From Candidatus Margulisiibacteriota bacterium (lineage in GTDB: Bacteria; Margulisbacteria; Marinamargulisbacteria; JBFWNS01): 64,000 nt of DNA. Of this stretch, positions 18,617-28,112 are shown piece by piece (within the stretch, counting starts at the first letter, position 1; every line of letters begins with the position of its first letter). Location: NCBI GenBank assembly GCA_050250935.1, contig JBFWNS010000001.1, forward strand, positions 288,001-352,000, written 5' to 3'. The translations under genes were made by a program, and so were the position numbers. Below the pieces are notes generated by a model. That model had not been told where the DNA came from. It worked only from the letters and a program-made list of their open reading frames with translations, and ran no database searches.

Positions 18617-20042
18617 GGTCTTTTTGGTTGGGGCCGGCCCCGGAGACCCCGATCTTATTACCGCCCGAGGGATTGCGCTTTTGAAAAAAGCCGATGTCGT
18701 GCTTTACGATTTTTTGGTGCATCCGAATTTGTTGCTGCATTGTAAACCCGATGCGATTCGGGTCTGCGTGGGCAAACGCAAGGGGTTTCACCAAGCCACC
18801 CAAGCCGAGATTCACGACCTGCTGGCACGCTATTCCCGCGACTTTACCCGAATCGTTCGACTTAAAGGGGGGGACCCTTTGCTGTTTGGACGGGGTGGGG
18901 AAGAAATGGCCTTTTTGCACGATGCAGGCATTGACTATGAAGTTGTGCCCGGGGTTTCGTCGGCCTTTGCTGTGCCAGCCTATGCGGGGATTCCCCTAAC
19001 CGATCGGGACCGGTCTCGGTCGGTGGCCTTTGTCACGGGCAGCCCCAAAGCAGGGGATTCCCTGGCCACCTTGCCCATGCCCAAAGCCGATACCCTGGTC
19101 TATTTGATGGGCGTGTCGCATTTGGAAGCCCATTGTACCCGTTTGCAAGACGAGGGATGGCCAGACACCACCCCAGCCGTTTTGATTTCGAAAGGCACCT
19201 GGGCCGCCCAACAAACCGTGGTTGGCACCCTTAAAACACTGGTAAGCGAGTACCAGAAAAACCCCATCCCCACCCCCGTTTTGATGGTTGTGGGTCGGGT
19301 TACAGAACGGCAGGCGGATTTGGCTTGGCGCCACACCCTGCCCTTGTCGGGACAGCGGGTGATTCTGACCCGTGCCCTCGACCAGGTTCAGCCTTGGTAC
19401 GAGGCTTTTCGGGATTTGGGAGCCGAGGTGGTGCTCATGCCCACCATTGCCATTCGTCCTGTGGACTTTTCTATACCTGACACTCCCCCCGATTGGTTGG
19501 TTTTTACCAGTGCCAATGGGGTTCGTTGCTTTGTCCAAGGCCTGCTAAGCCAAGGCCGAGACCTTCGTGTGTTTGGCACCTGTCGAATCGCCAGCGTGGG
19601 GCCTCAAACCACAGCGGCCTTGGCTGCATTTGGCCTGAAAGCCGATATCGACTCGGCCGGTGGGGATAGTGCAGCCTTGGCATCGGCATTGCCCCCCTCG
19701 CTTTCTAACTCGACGGTTTTGTTGCCTGGTGCTGTGCACCGCAATCTCGAGCTGGTCAGCGCCCTTCAAGCCCGAGGGGCCACCGTGACGCTATTGGCCG
19801 TCTACGAAACCCAGGCCATCGCGCCACCCAGCATCGACCTGGTTGCCTCGGATATCGTTGTCTTTTCCAGTGGATCGACGGTACACTCGTTCTATCGACA
19901 CCCCCGACCCGCATTGCGGACCCTGTGTTTGGGTAAAACCGCGGTGGATGCACTGGCCCAGCAGGGCCTTTTGCCTTGGCGGGTGGCCTCGGCTCCGACT
20001 TTGGAGACCCTTATTTCCGACCTCTTAAAGGACCTATCATGA
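18585..20042 (+). CDS. cobA: Uroporphyrinogen-III C-methyltransferase / uroporphyrinogen-III synthase fusion (CobA-HemD)
   Basis: VGAGPGDPDLIT, RLKGGDP, GRGGEE, VPGVSS, then HemD motifs FTSANGV, VGPQT, VYET. Confidence 0.92.
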   Translation: MSDIFVSTLGKVFLVGAGPGDPDLITARGIALLKKADVVLYDFLVHPNLLLHCKPDAIRVCVGKRKGFHQATQAEIHDLLARYSRDFTRIVRLKGGDPLLFGRGGEEMAFLHDAGIDYEVVPGVSSAFAVPAYAGIPLTDRDRSRSVAFVTGSPKAGDSLATLPMPKADTLVYLMGVSHLEAHCTRLQDEGWPDTTPAVLISKGTWAAQQTVVGTLKTLVSEYQKNPIPTPVLMVVGRVTERQADLAWRHTLPLSGQRVILTRALDQVQPWYEAFRDLGAEVVLMPTIAIRPVDFSIPDTPPDWLVFTSANGVRCFVQGLLSQGRDLRVFGTCRIASVGPQTTAALAAFGLKADIDSAGGDSAALASALPPSLSNSTVLLPGAVHRNLELVSALQARGATVTLLAVYETQAIAPPSIDLVASDIVVFSSGSTVHSFYRHPRPALRTLCLGKTAVDALAQQGLLPWRVASAPTLETLISDLLKDLS

Positions 20043-21052
20043 CCCCACTTAAACTGAATATTCTGGCAGAATCCTTCATTGGAAAAGCCAATGGCGTGTA
20101 CACCGCTTTTGTCGAAGCGGTTGAAAATCTCAAAAAAGAGCCCTCCATCGACCTTACCATCAATGGCAAAGGCCACGATTTCGATGTGATTCACTCTCAT
20201 ACCATCGGGCTGTCCTATATTCGCTATGCCCTGGGTCGCCGCAAAAAAATGATTGTTTCCGCCCACGTGGTTCCCGATTCGTTTATTGGCAGTTTGATTT
20301 TTTCGACGTTGTGGCAACCGCTTGCTGCTTTGTATTTGAAATGGGTGTACAACCTGTCGGGCATGGTGATTGCTGTGTCGCCCGTTGTTAAAACCGAGCT
20401 CGAAAAACTGGGGGTTCGGGGGCGAATCGAGGTCTTGTGCAACAGCGTTAACCGCGACAAATTCAAAGTAAACGTTTTGCTTCGAAAACAATTTCGCGAA
20501 AAATGGGGCCTTCAAGACAAAGACTTTGTTGCCGTCTGTGTGGGACAAATTCAACCCCGAAAAGGCGTGGAGGATTTTATTAAGACCGCCAAACAATGCC
20601 CCGACATTCGCTTTGTGTGGGTGGGTGGCCGTCCCTATGGCCGCCTGACCGCCGATTACGCCACCATGACAGACCTGGTCGACAATGCCCCTGCCAATGT
20701 TATTTTTACCGATGCGGTGGAATTTGAAGACATGCCAGGGTTTTATGCCATGTCCGATGTCTATTTTTTCCCGTCCTATCAGGAAAATTTCGCCTTTGCC
20801 ACCATCGAAGCCAGTGCCGTGAAATTGCCCTTGGTTTTGCGGGATAATCCCGAATATCCCAGCTCGCTGTTTACCCACTATCTTAAAGCCCAGGGGCCAG
20901 ATGGGTTTGCCAACTGTCTTCAAAAACTGCATCTCGATCCTGCATTTTTTCAAAAATGGCGTCGGGAATCGGATCTCTTGGCCCAACAGTACGAAATTAA
21001 AACCTACATGAAGCGCCTCATCCAATTTTACCGCGATGTCGCTGGCCACTGA
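20039..21052 (+). CDS. Glycosyltransferase family 4 (glycolipid synthase, CpoA-like)
   Basis: GVYTAF, HSHT, HVVPDSFIGS, GQIQPRKGV, FPSYQENF..IEA; ATG 20039 overlaps the upstream stop (ATGA). Confidence 0.82.
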   Translation: MTPLKLNILAESFIGKANGVYTAFVEAVENLKKEPSIDLTINGKGHDFDVIHSHTIGLSYIRYALGRRKKMIVSAHVVPDSFIGSLIFSTLWQPLAALYLKWVYNLSGMVIAVSPVVKTELEKLGVRGRIEVLCNSVNRDKFKVNVLLRKQFREKWGLQDKDFVAVCVGQIQPRKGVEDFIKTAKQCPDIRFVWVGGRPYGRLTADYATMTDLVDNAPANVIFTDAVEFEDMPGFYAMSDVYFFPSYQENFAFATIEASAVKLPLVLRDNPEYPSSLFTHYLKAQGPDGFANCLQKLHLDPAFFQKWRRESDLLAQQYEIKTYMKRLIQFYRDVAGH

Positions 21053-22349
21053 TCCTCAAAAAATTCTGATTGCCCGGGGCGATATGCTGGGCGATGTGGT
21101 GTTGGCCACCCCAGTTATTGAAGCCCTTCACAATCGCTATCCCAAGGCCCAGTTGTACCTGTTGGTTCAAGATGGATTTCGGAAGCTTTTTTCCCAAGAC
21201 CCTCGGATTGCCGGGTGTTTAATCGATCCTTTACCCTACCAACTGCGTCGCCAAGACTGGCCTGCTTTTTTTAAGCTGGTGTCCCAAATTAAAGCCGAGG
21301 GATTTGATTGTTTTATCGGGCTTTGGGAACGGCCCCGCTATGCCTTGCTCTCGGCGCTGGCCAGGATTCCGCTGCGGGTTGGCCATGGGTTTCATTGGCT
21401 GAACCGGCTTTGCTACCACCGCAGCACCACTTTTGGGCAGTTTATGCGCCACCAAGCCAAATGGAATTTGTCTGTTGCAGCCCTGGTGGCCCCGGTGACC
21501 TTTCAAGAACCCGCCCAATTGTTTCCTGCCACGACTCCCCTCATTTTTCCAACATCCTCCTATCTGATTTTATCCCCAGATTCCAAATCCACCCAAAAAC
21601 GCCTCACCGAAGCCCACTATGTCCACGCCGCCCAATGGGCTTTGAATCACACGGATTTAACCCTGGTTTTGGTTGGCGAAACGGCCAATATGGACCCTTG
21701 TCCCACCTTGCTTGATTTGTTCAAAGCCAACCCAAACCGATGCCTCGACTGGACCAACCAATTGAACTTGGACACTCTGGTTGCCCTTACCTCGAAAGCC
21801 GAGTTGGTGTTTGCTGCCGATGCCGGGCTGGTCCACATTGCTGCTGCGCTCCAGCGCCGGGTGTTAACCTACTATTTGAACCGAACCCAAAATGTCCTAC
21901 GATGGGGTCCCTGGCAAACCCCGCATCGGGTCTTAATCTCCCAACACGATTGCACCGATAAATGCGATTCTTTGAGCTGCAAAAAATGGGATTGCCGCCT
22001 GCCCATTCCCAGAACCGAGATCGAAACTGCCCTTCAGGATCTGTTGCAAGATGCCCCCTTACCGGCCCCAAGTGATTCGGCGTATCGCTTGGAAAAAGGT
22101 CTTATAATCGGTCTTTTTAGACGAGATTTTAAACATTTTGAGGCTGAGCTTCAGAATCGTCACCTCCGGTATTTTGTGTTGGAAGAGCCCTATACCTTGT
22201 CCCGACTTTGTCGCCACATTAACAACCACAACTGCATGGTCTGGGTTTACCGATCCCCCTGGTCTTGGGCGAAACTGGCCATTGCCCGGGAAATCACCTC
22301 GAATCACAACGCGTTTAAACTGGTGATTCGGACCCAGCTTCCCATTTAA
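21036..22349 (+). CDS. Glycosyltransferase family 9 with C-terminal extension
   Basis: KILIARGDMLGDVVLATP, DAGLVHIAAAL, RWGPW, Cys-rich segment. Confidence 0.85.
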   Translation: MSLATDPQKILIARGDMLGDVVLATPVIEALHNRYPKAQLYLLVQDGFRKLFSQDPRIAGCLIDPLPYQLRRQDWPAFFKLVSQIKAEGFDCFIGLWERPRYALLSALARIPLRVGHGFHWLNRLCYHRSTTFGQFMRHQAKWNLSVAALVAPVTFQEPAQLFPATTPLIFPTSSYLILSPDSKSTQKRLTEAHYVHAAQWALNHTDLTLVLVGETANMDPCPTLLDLFKANPNRCLDWTNQLNLDTLVALTSKAELVFAADAGLVHIAAALQRRVLTYYLNRTQNVLRWGPWQTPHRVLISQHDCTDKCDSLSCKKWDCRLPIPRTEIETALQDLLQDAPLPAPSDSAYRLEKGLIIGLFRRDFKHFEAELQNRHLRYFVLEEPYTLSRLCRHINNHNCMVWVYRSPWSWAKLAIAREITSNHNAFKLVIRTQLPI

Positions 22350-22406
22350 CCCCTTCTTTGATAGGATGGGCTTCCTTTATTTTGAGGTCCGATTGGAGAA
22401 GCCGAC

Positions 22407-23021
22407 ATGAAACTTGCCAAAGAGAGCTATCCCTTCCTCCTGCCCTTGTTGGGCTTTTTTCTGATTTCTTTCGTCTTAAAATGGACCTTTTTAGCCGGTC
22501 TTTTTTTGGTTTTATTGGCCTTTGTCGCCTATTTTTTTAGAGATCCCAACCGAAAAACCCCCGACGAACCCGCTGTGATTTTTTCCCCAGCCGATGGCAC
22601 TGTCACCAAGGTTCAAACCGTCGAAATTGACGGTGTCCACCACCACCATGTGGTGATTTTTTTATCCCCACTGAATGTTCACATCAACCGCATTCCTTTT
22701 GCGGGAAAAGTGGTTAGCGTTCAACACACCCCTGGGGCTTTTCATGCCGCCTACCGGGACGATATTGCCAACCTGAACGAACGCACCGAAACCCGTCTTG
22801 AAACCGAAAAAGGCCCCATGCGCATCATTCAAATTGCCGGCTTTGTGGCCCGCCGCATTGTGAACTACCTTCAACCCGACCAAGTGGTGAAGGCCGGGGA
22901 TAAATTTGGCATGATTAAATTCAGCTCCAGAACCGACCTGATTTTTCCCATCGAGGCCCGGGTCTTGGTTCATGTTGGCGACAAACTCGAAGGTGGGGTT
23001 ACCCGACTGGCCGCTTTCTAG
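22407..23021 (+). CDS. psd: Phosphatidylserine decarboxylase proenzyme (short type)
   Basis: FFRDPNR, SPADG, IFLSPLNVHINRIP, NER, QIAGFVARRI, GMIKFSSRTD. Confidence 0.9.
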   Translation: MKLAKESYPFLLPLLGFFLISFVLKWTFLAGLFLVLLAFVAYFFRDPNRKTPDEPAVIFSPADGTVTKVQTVEIDGVHHHHVVIFLSPLNVHINRIPFAGKVVSVQHTPGAFHAAYRDDIANLNERTETRLETEKGPMRIIQIAGFVARRIVNYLQPDQVVKAGDKFGMIKFSSRTDLIFPIEARVLVHVGDKLEGGVTRLAAF

Positions 23022-23032
23022 TTTTAAGAACG

Positions 23033-24697
23033 CTAGATCAGGGATTTAACTTTTAGTTTGATTTCGGCCGGCACCAAATGCCGATGGGCTTTGACCATGG
23101 CCTTAAGCCCCCGAATGTAGGGCGACCGCATGCCTTTTGGCAAAACAGAAAAAGCGGAAATTAATCCCGACAAGGTCTGCCAATACATGGCATCGTGGCG
23201 GGCATGGGTCAGGGCTGTTTTGAAGGCGGTTTCGGCTTTGTCGTAGTGCTTTAGATGCACCAAACTAATGGCCAAAGAGGTTTGGGCAATGGGGCTGTGG
23301 GGGTTCACCAACAGGGCTTTTTTAAGCACCTCCACGGCTTTTCGGTGGTCTGGCTGTTGCTGAAACACCCATCCCAGCAGCAAATAGGCATCAAAGGCCA
23401 GGGGGCCATACACGGCAATCATTTGTTTACAAATTTCCAAAGACGCGGCCAGCAACCCATCTTGATACAGCAACGAGGCCAATCCCCTCAGTAAATAGTA
23501 GTCGAGTTGTTCTTCGTCGGTCAGGGTCACTAAAATTTCGCCGATTCCCGACACTGTTTCGGGGGTCCAGGATTTGCTGTCGATGTCGTCTAGGACAATC
23601 CCGATGCGTTTGGCCAGGTTTTCAGAAAACTGAGCCTTAAAAACAGCGACCAATTCGGGAACTGGGGTTTTGGATTTGTGGTACAGGGCATCTTGGGTTT
23701 GATCGCCTTCAAAGGCTGTGATCTGGCTGGAAAAGCCGAGTTTTTCGGCATGGTACTGCACATAAGGAAAAGCCACGGCATAAAACTGGGTAGCCCCATA
23801 TCCCGAAACCAGATAGGGCAAGGGTTGATCCAACATCGTGGTTGCAAAGCCAAAATCCGAACAAAAATAGGCGCCATTGGGCTTAAGCAGTTCATGAACC
23901 TTCGCCAAATGCTGGGGAATGTGATGGGACACATTAAAGCTCAGGGAAGAAGGCAGGTCGTTTTTGTCCAAATACCACATCCAAAACGCCCGAAGATCTT
24001 GCTGATCGGCCTGGGTCCAAGCATCGATGGATTGGGGCTCAAACGCTTCGTCCAAACAGCCCATAATGCGGTGGCTAAGCCCCTTGCGATTGTCAAACGG
24101 CTGGCGCAGCTGATGATACACATCTGTCTCATCCAAAAACACGGGTTTTCCCGCCACAAAACTGGGGAAAATGGCATCTGTTTTTAAGCAGGTTTTAACC
24201 CGTCCTTCAAAAAACGCTTTGTTTTCCCACACCACATGCCGGGCGGGAAAGGTGTCCAACAAATAGGTGCTAAACACAAAGTGAAAACTGCCGGCAACCT
24301 CCGGGGCGGTGGCATCGGTGGTTAAAAACACCAATTTCTCGTCTTTAAACCCCGATTGACTGTAAAAAGCCGTTAATTCGGGGCGAATGTCCGAGACAAA
24401 AAGCGTGGTTTTTTCATAAAGCGCTGGGGCCTGTTCTTTAAGGCTTTTCAGTACAAAATGGGACAACAATCCCAAGCCTGCCCCCAATTCCAAAAACCGA
24501 AAGTCTGTTTCTTTGGGAAACAACTTGGCCACTTCGATTATCAAAGCCACGATGCGTTTGGCTTGGGCCGGCCCGTTTCGGGTTGAAAACGGCACTTTCT
24601 CGTTAAAAAAAACCGAGGATCCCAAGGCCCAAATGTCTTCGGCCAATTGCATGCGAACCGATTTTGGGCGAGACACAAAGCCTTGTAGTTTAATCAT
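23033..24697 (-). CDS. SAM-dependent methyltransferase (MidA/NDUFAF7-like) with C-terminal TPRs
   Basis: LELGAGLGLL, YLLDTFP, SDFG, TPR-like helices at the C-terminus; paralog at 48677-50239. Confidence 0.65.
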   Translation of the reverse strand: MIKLQGFVSRPKSVRMQLAEDIWALGSSVFFNEKVPFSTRNGPAQAKRIVALIIEVAKLFPKETDFRFLELGAGLGLLSHFVLKSLKEQAPALYEKTTLFVSDIRPELTAFYSQSGFKDEKLVFLTTDATAPEVAGSFHFVFSTYLLDTFPARHVVWENKAFFEGRVKTCLKTDAIFPSFVAGKPVFLDETDVYHQLRQPFDNRKGLSHRIMGCLDEAFEPQSIDAWTQADQQDLRAFWMWYLDKNDLPSSLSFNVSHHIPQHLAKVHELLKPNGAYFCSDFGFATTMLDQPLPYLVSGYGATQFYAVAFPYVQYHAEKLGFSSQITAFEGDQTQDALYHKSKTPVPELVAVFKAQFSENLAKRIGIVLDDIDSKSWTPETVSGIGEILVTLTDEEQLDYYLLRGLASLLYQDGLLAASLEICKQMIAVYGPLAFDAYLLLGWVFQQQPDHRKAVEVLKKALLVNPHSPIAQTSLAISLVHLKHYDKAETAFKTALTHARHDAMYWQTLSGLISAFSVLPKGMRSPYIRGLKAMVKAHRHLVPAEIKLKVKSLI

Positions 24698-25536
24698 AAA
24701 AGAGACTCCTCGTAGAATTTAGCCAAGGTTGTTGTGCCGGCTTTGGAGTACAAATGGGCATAGCCTTCAACATGGGCAACCGGGATAATGCCCCCCACAG
24801 CGTTGGTTAAAAAAATCTCGTCCATATCGCCCAATTCGTCGCAGTGAATGGGCCTTGAGGTGCAGGGTAAAGGCCCCGGTGTCTTCAACAACCAATGTCG
24901 AACCGTTCCTGGCAAAATAACATCGGATTCTGGGGTAATCGCCACCCCACCTTGCAGAAACCAGAGGTTACTGACGGTTGTTTCTTGAACCCAGCCATTG
25001 GCATCCACCAACACCACATCGTCCAAGCGGGTGCGTTGTTTTTCGACAATGGGACGCAGGTATCCCAAGGTTTTGTGGGCATCGGTGGCGGTTCGAATCC
25101 AACAATCTTGGCGCAGTTCCAGCTGTTGGGGGGCCGGTTTATGGAAAGTTCTGGCCAACCCTTCTACTCTGGGTGGACCTATCTGAAGCCGGCCCTTTTC
25201 GATTCGCCGGTCGCCACCCGTCACATAGACATTCACCACCACCGTTGGGGCTGGCTCTGATGTTGACCATTGGCCCAAAGCCGACTCGAATTCAGCCAAA
25301 GACAGGGGACAGGGGATGTCCAAAAAAGCCAAAGAAGCACTCAATCGCTCGAAATGTTCGGCCAACAGTACGGGTTTTTGGTTCACCACCAAAACGGTTT
25401 CAAAACAGCCAAATCCGTATAAAAACCCAGTATCGCTCAAGGGAATTTGGGGCATGGGGGCTGCTGTCATGTCCTCATCAAAACATTCTTTTTTTTGCGG
25501 CACAAGTTCTAGCCTCTTTTTTACGATTTTAAGCAT
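24694..25536 (-). CDS. Aminotransferase class IV (aminodeoxychorismate lyase/BCAT-like)
   Basis: GFLYGFGCFET, HFERL, HKT, ETTVSNL, ILPGTVR, EIFLTNA. The true start may be the internal MTAAP. Confidence 0.85.
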   Translation of the reverse strand: MLKIVKKRLELVPQKKECFDEDMTAAPMPQIPLSDTGFLYGFGCFETVLVVNQKPVLLAEHFERLSASLAFLDIPCPLSLAEFESALGQWSTSEPAPTVVVNVYVTGGDRRIEKGRLQIGPPRVEGLARTFHKPAPQQLELRQDCWIRTATDAHKTLGYLRPIVEKQRTRLDDVVLVDANGWVQETTVSNLWFLQGGVAITPESDVILPGTVRHWLLKTPGPLPCTSRPIHCDELGDMDEIFLTNAVGGIIPVAHVEGYAHLYSKAGTTTLAKFYEESLL

Positions 25537-25601
25537 TGAGATGTTGTGGCAATCGGACTACTATAAACAGTCTTAAAGAATCGACAACTTAGGAATCAAC
25601 G

Positions 25602-26885
25602 ATGGGTATCGGCATTACACCAGGTGGATTGGGCGCAAATAGTCAGGGATTAAATGTCCCCCGGGTTGCCCCTGTCGGAAAACCCCCAGAAACCGAAAAT
25701 GCCCAACGCTCGGCCATTAATGTCAGTTCAACCTCGTCTGCCCCGGCACCAGCCAGCACCCAAGCGGTTACGCAGACAGCACCGGCCACCGAAACCAAAC
25801 CCGCACAACCCACCAAACCCCAGTCCGAAGTTGTTCCCATGTCTCGGTCCGATTTGGTGGCCCATGCCATGCAACTTCAGGTTCAGACCAGTGCCACCAA
25901 TTTGCAAATTCTCGAAACCATGGTGCAACACAATTTGGCCCCTTCGAAAGAGAATTTCGACCAAGTGGCCCGGGTTTTAAAAGGGAATACCGGCATTACG
26001 GATATCGAAGCTGCGGTTGTCACCGTTGAAAAGGGATTGGGCAGCAACAACCGAAGTGCGGAATCGGTCTCTTCTTTTCTGACCAATATGGCCAAAATGA
26101 CCGAACAATTTCAAACCACACAAACCGCCCTTTCCCAACTCAAAAGCATCATTCAAAACAACCAACAACTGATCGGTTCTGGTTTGGTGGCCAGTATCTC
26201 GGCCTTGGCTGGCAGCATGGATGATGAAATTCAAAAATTGCTTAAAAAATCCTCGGATTCCGAAGATCAATTAAATTTACAAATTTTCGATCGTGGCAAA
26301 TGGGTTTCCGATCTGGAAGCCATGCGTGGGTTTATGGCCGGTCTTGAAAAAAATGTGGATAAAGCCGAATCCAACGCCGTGCCAGCCTCCCTCAAAGAAA
26401 GTCTTCAGTCGGTTCAAAAACAACTGACAGGTCTGACCAACACCTTGGTCTCGCAACTGGTTCTTTCCAAAGAAAGTCCCTTTGTAACCTTCGGTAAAGA
26501 CACCTATATGTACTGGCAAATTCCCAATCCTTTTGTGGCCAAACCCAGCAACATCGACATCCTGATCAAGCGTGACCCCAAAAAACGCAAGGGCGTGGAC
26601 CCCCAAAAAACCAAGCTGGCCATTAAGCTAGAAACCCCCGATTTGGGCGAAGTGGCCATCGTTGTCGAGCTGTCTGACCAGCGGGTGTGGTATATTTTTA
26701 ATACCGACAACGAAGAGACGCGCCAAGAAATCACCCGAATGAATGTGGATTTGAAAGAAAGAATGAAGTCGTTGAATTTGGATTTGGTTGGCTTTAAAAC
26801 CGCCTTCAAAAAATTGGATATCAAAAAAATGCTTATGCCCGTTGTGAATTTGGATTCGATTGTCCGCATCCAAGCCGAGGTCTAG
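25602..26885 (+). CDS. FliK-like hook/needle length-control protein
   Basis: Pro/Thr/Ala-rich N-terminus; C-terminal FliK-type domain LAIKLETPDLGEVAIVVEL...LKERMKSLNL; precedes a FlhB-C homolog. Confidence 0.65.
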   Translation: MGIGITPGGLGANSQGLNVPRVAPVGKPPETENAQRSAINVSSTSSAPAPASTQAVTQTAPATETKPAQPTKPQSEVVPMSRSDLVAHAMQLQVQTSATNLQILETMVQHNLAPSKENFDQVARVLKGNTGITDIEAAVVTVEKGLGSNNRSAESVSSFLTNMAKMTEQFQTTQTALSQLKSIIQNNQQLIGSGLVASISALAGSMDDEIQKLLKKSSDSEDQLNLQIFDRGKWVSDLEAMRGFMAGLEKNVDKAESNAVPASLKESLQSVQKQLTGLTNTLVSQLVLSKESPFVTFGKDTYMYWQIPNPFVAKPSNIDILIKRDPKKRKGVDPQKTKLAIKLETPDLGEVAIVVELSDQRVWYIFNTDNEETRQEITRMNVDLKERMKSLNLDLVGFKTAFKKLDIKKMLMPVVNLDSIVRIQAEV

Positions 26886-26887
26886 CC

Positions 26888-27241
26888 ATGGCCAAGATTA
26901 AACCCAAGAAAATTCGGCGTTTTTTAAGTGATCTGGAACTTCCAGAACGCAGTCAACTTAAGGCCATTGCCATCAAATACGATGTCCACAAGGATCATGC
27001 GCCTAAAATTACGGCCACAGGTCGCGGGGCCATTGCCGAAGAAATCTTAAAAGTTGCCGAAGAAAATGGGATTCCCTTCTACGAAGATCCCAGTCTGGCA
27101 GCCCTTTTGGCCAAACTTGAACTGGACGTCAACATTCCCGCCGAACTTTATACCCTGGTGGCCGAGGTCTTGGCCTTTGTGTATCAGTTGGATAAATTGG
27201 CCAAAAAACGCAACGCCATTCGCAAAAAATTCGTGCGATGA
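26888..27241 (+). CDS. Stand-alone FlhB C-terminal-like switch protein (EscU/YscU/YlqH family)
   Basis: AIAIKYD..APKITATGRGAIAEEILKVAEENGIP..IPAELYTLVAEVLAFVY. Confidence 0.92.
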   Translation: MAKIKPKKIRRFLSDLELPERSQLKAIAIKYDVHKDHAPKITATGRGAIAEEILKVAEENGIPFYEDPSLAALLAKLELDVNIPAELYTLVAEVLAFVYQLDKLAKKRNAIRKKFVR

Positions 27242-28044
27242 GGATCGTCTTGATCCTGGCCATGATAGGCTTTTTGCTGACCTGGGGGTCCATTTCCTTT
27301 GCCCAGGAAATCAATCAACCGCCAAACCCCACTTTTGCCATCGACCCTGCCCTTAAATACACCATGCAAGGCATGCGTGGCATTCGGACAGCCTATGCCA
27401 TGAACGTTCTGTATACCACCAACACCGACGTTCCGGGTTATATCGAAACCTATACTTACGTTAGCCGCATCAAAAACAACCTTCAAATCGAGCCCTACTA
27501 CAAATGGGGTAGGGTCAGCCGTCTTCAAGAAACGAATCGGCCTTTGGACATCTATATCGATGCCGATGCCCGTGGTTTTCTTCAAATTCAATTGCCTTTT
27601 GCCATTGGTTATACCCGGGATGGGCGCATGACGCTTGGTGAAAACAACCAATTGGTCACCCTTGCGGGTCATTACCCCATTTTGGGGGAAGAGGGCTTCA
27701 TTTTCTTGCCGCCCGGCGATATTGCCATTTCAAAATCTGGGGTTATTTTTGTGAATGGAAACCGAATTGCCAAGCTCAAAATCGCGGTAATGCCCAAATC
27801 CAGCCTGGGACGGATGATCGGTATTAATGGGGTGGTTTTTATTGCCAACGGCCCCGACGATTTGGCCTTGCTTAAAGACGAAACCCTCTATGGCATTCGC
27901 CAAGGCTTTTACGAAGATTCTACCGTTATGAAAGAAGCGGCTGGGGAGAGCATGTTTAATCAACAATCCTGGATGGCCATGCTCAAAGCCGTTAAAACCC
28001 TTAACAAAACCATGCGAAGCAGTGCTCATTTGGGCAGTGAATAA
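27238..28044 (+). CDS. FlgF/FlgG-family rod protein paralog 1, with N-terminal signal peptide
   Basis: MRIVLILAMIGFLLTWGSISFA|QE; NTDVPGY, ETNRPLD, YTRDG, G.PILG, QGFYEDSTV. Confidence 0.8.
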   Translation: MRIVLILAMIGFLLTWGSISFAQEINQPPNPTFAIDPALKYTMQGMRGIRTAYAMNVLYTTNTDVPGYIETYTYVSRIKNNLQIEPYYKWGRVSRLQETNRPLDIYIDADARGFLQIQLPFAIGYTRDGRMTLGENNQLVTLAGHYPILGEEGFIFLPPGDIAISKSGVIFVNGNRIAKLKIAVMPKSSLGRMIGINGVVFIANGPDDLALLKDETLYGIRQGFYEDSTVMKEAAGESMFNQQSWMAMLKAVKTLNKTMRSSAHLGSE

Positions 28045-28049
28045 GGACC

Positions 28050-28078
28050 TTGCCAAAAAATTGACTTCCCTCTATCAT
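28050..28078 (+). promoter_or_regulatory. Putative sigma70 promoter inside the flagellar-like cluster
   Basis: TTGCCA-17 bp-TATCAT in the gap between the two FlgF-like genes. Confidence 0.5.
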
Positions 28079-28112
28079 TTTTTCACTTTGGACTTTATTC
28101 CTCTTGTCTAGG

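Noticed and set aside
19892..21049. 385-aa antisense ORF (likewise 3183-3887, 14626-15486, 52940-53854)
   Set aside because: Shadow ORFs opposite well-supported genes, with no recognisable motifs.
25545..25590. Possible sigma-28 (TAAA..TCGACAA) or sigma-54 (TGGCA) promoter before the fliK-like gene
   Set aside because: Spacing does not fit TAAA-N15-GCCGATAA, and there is no TTGC -12 element.
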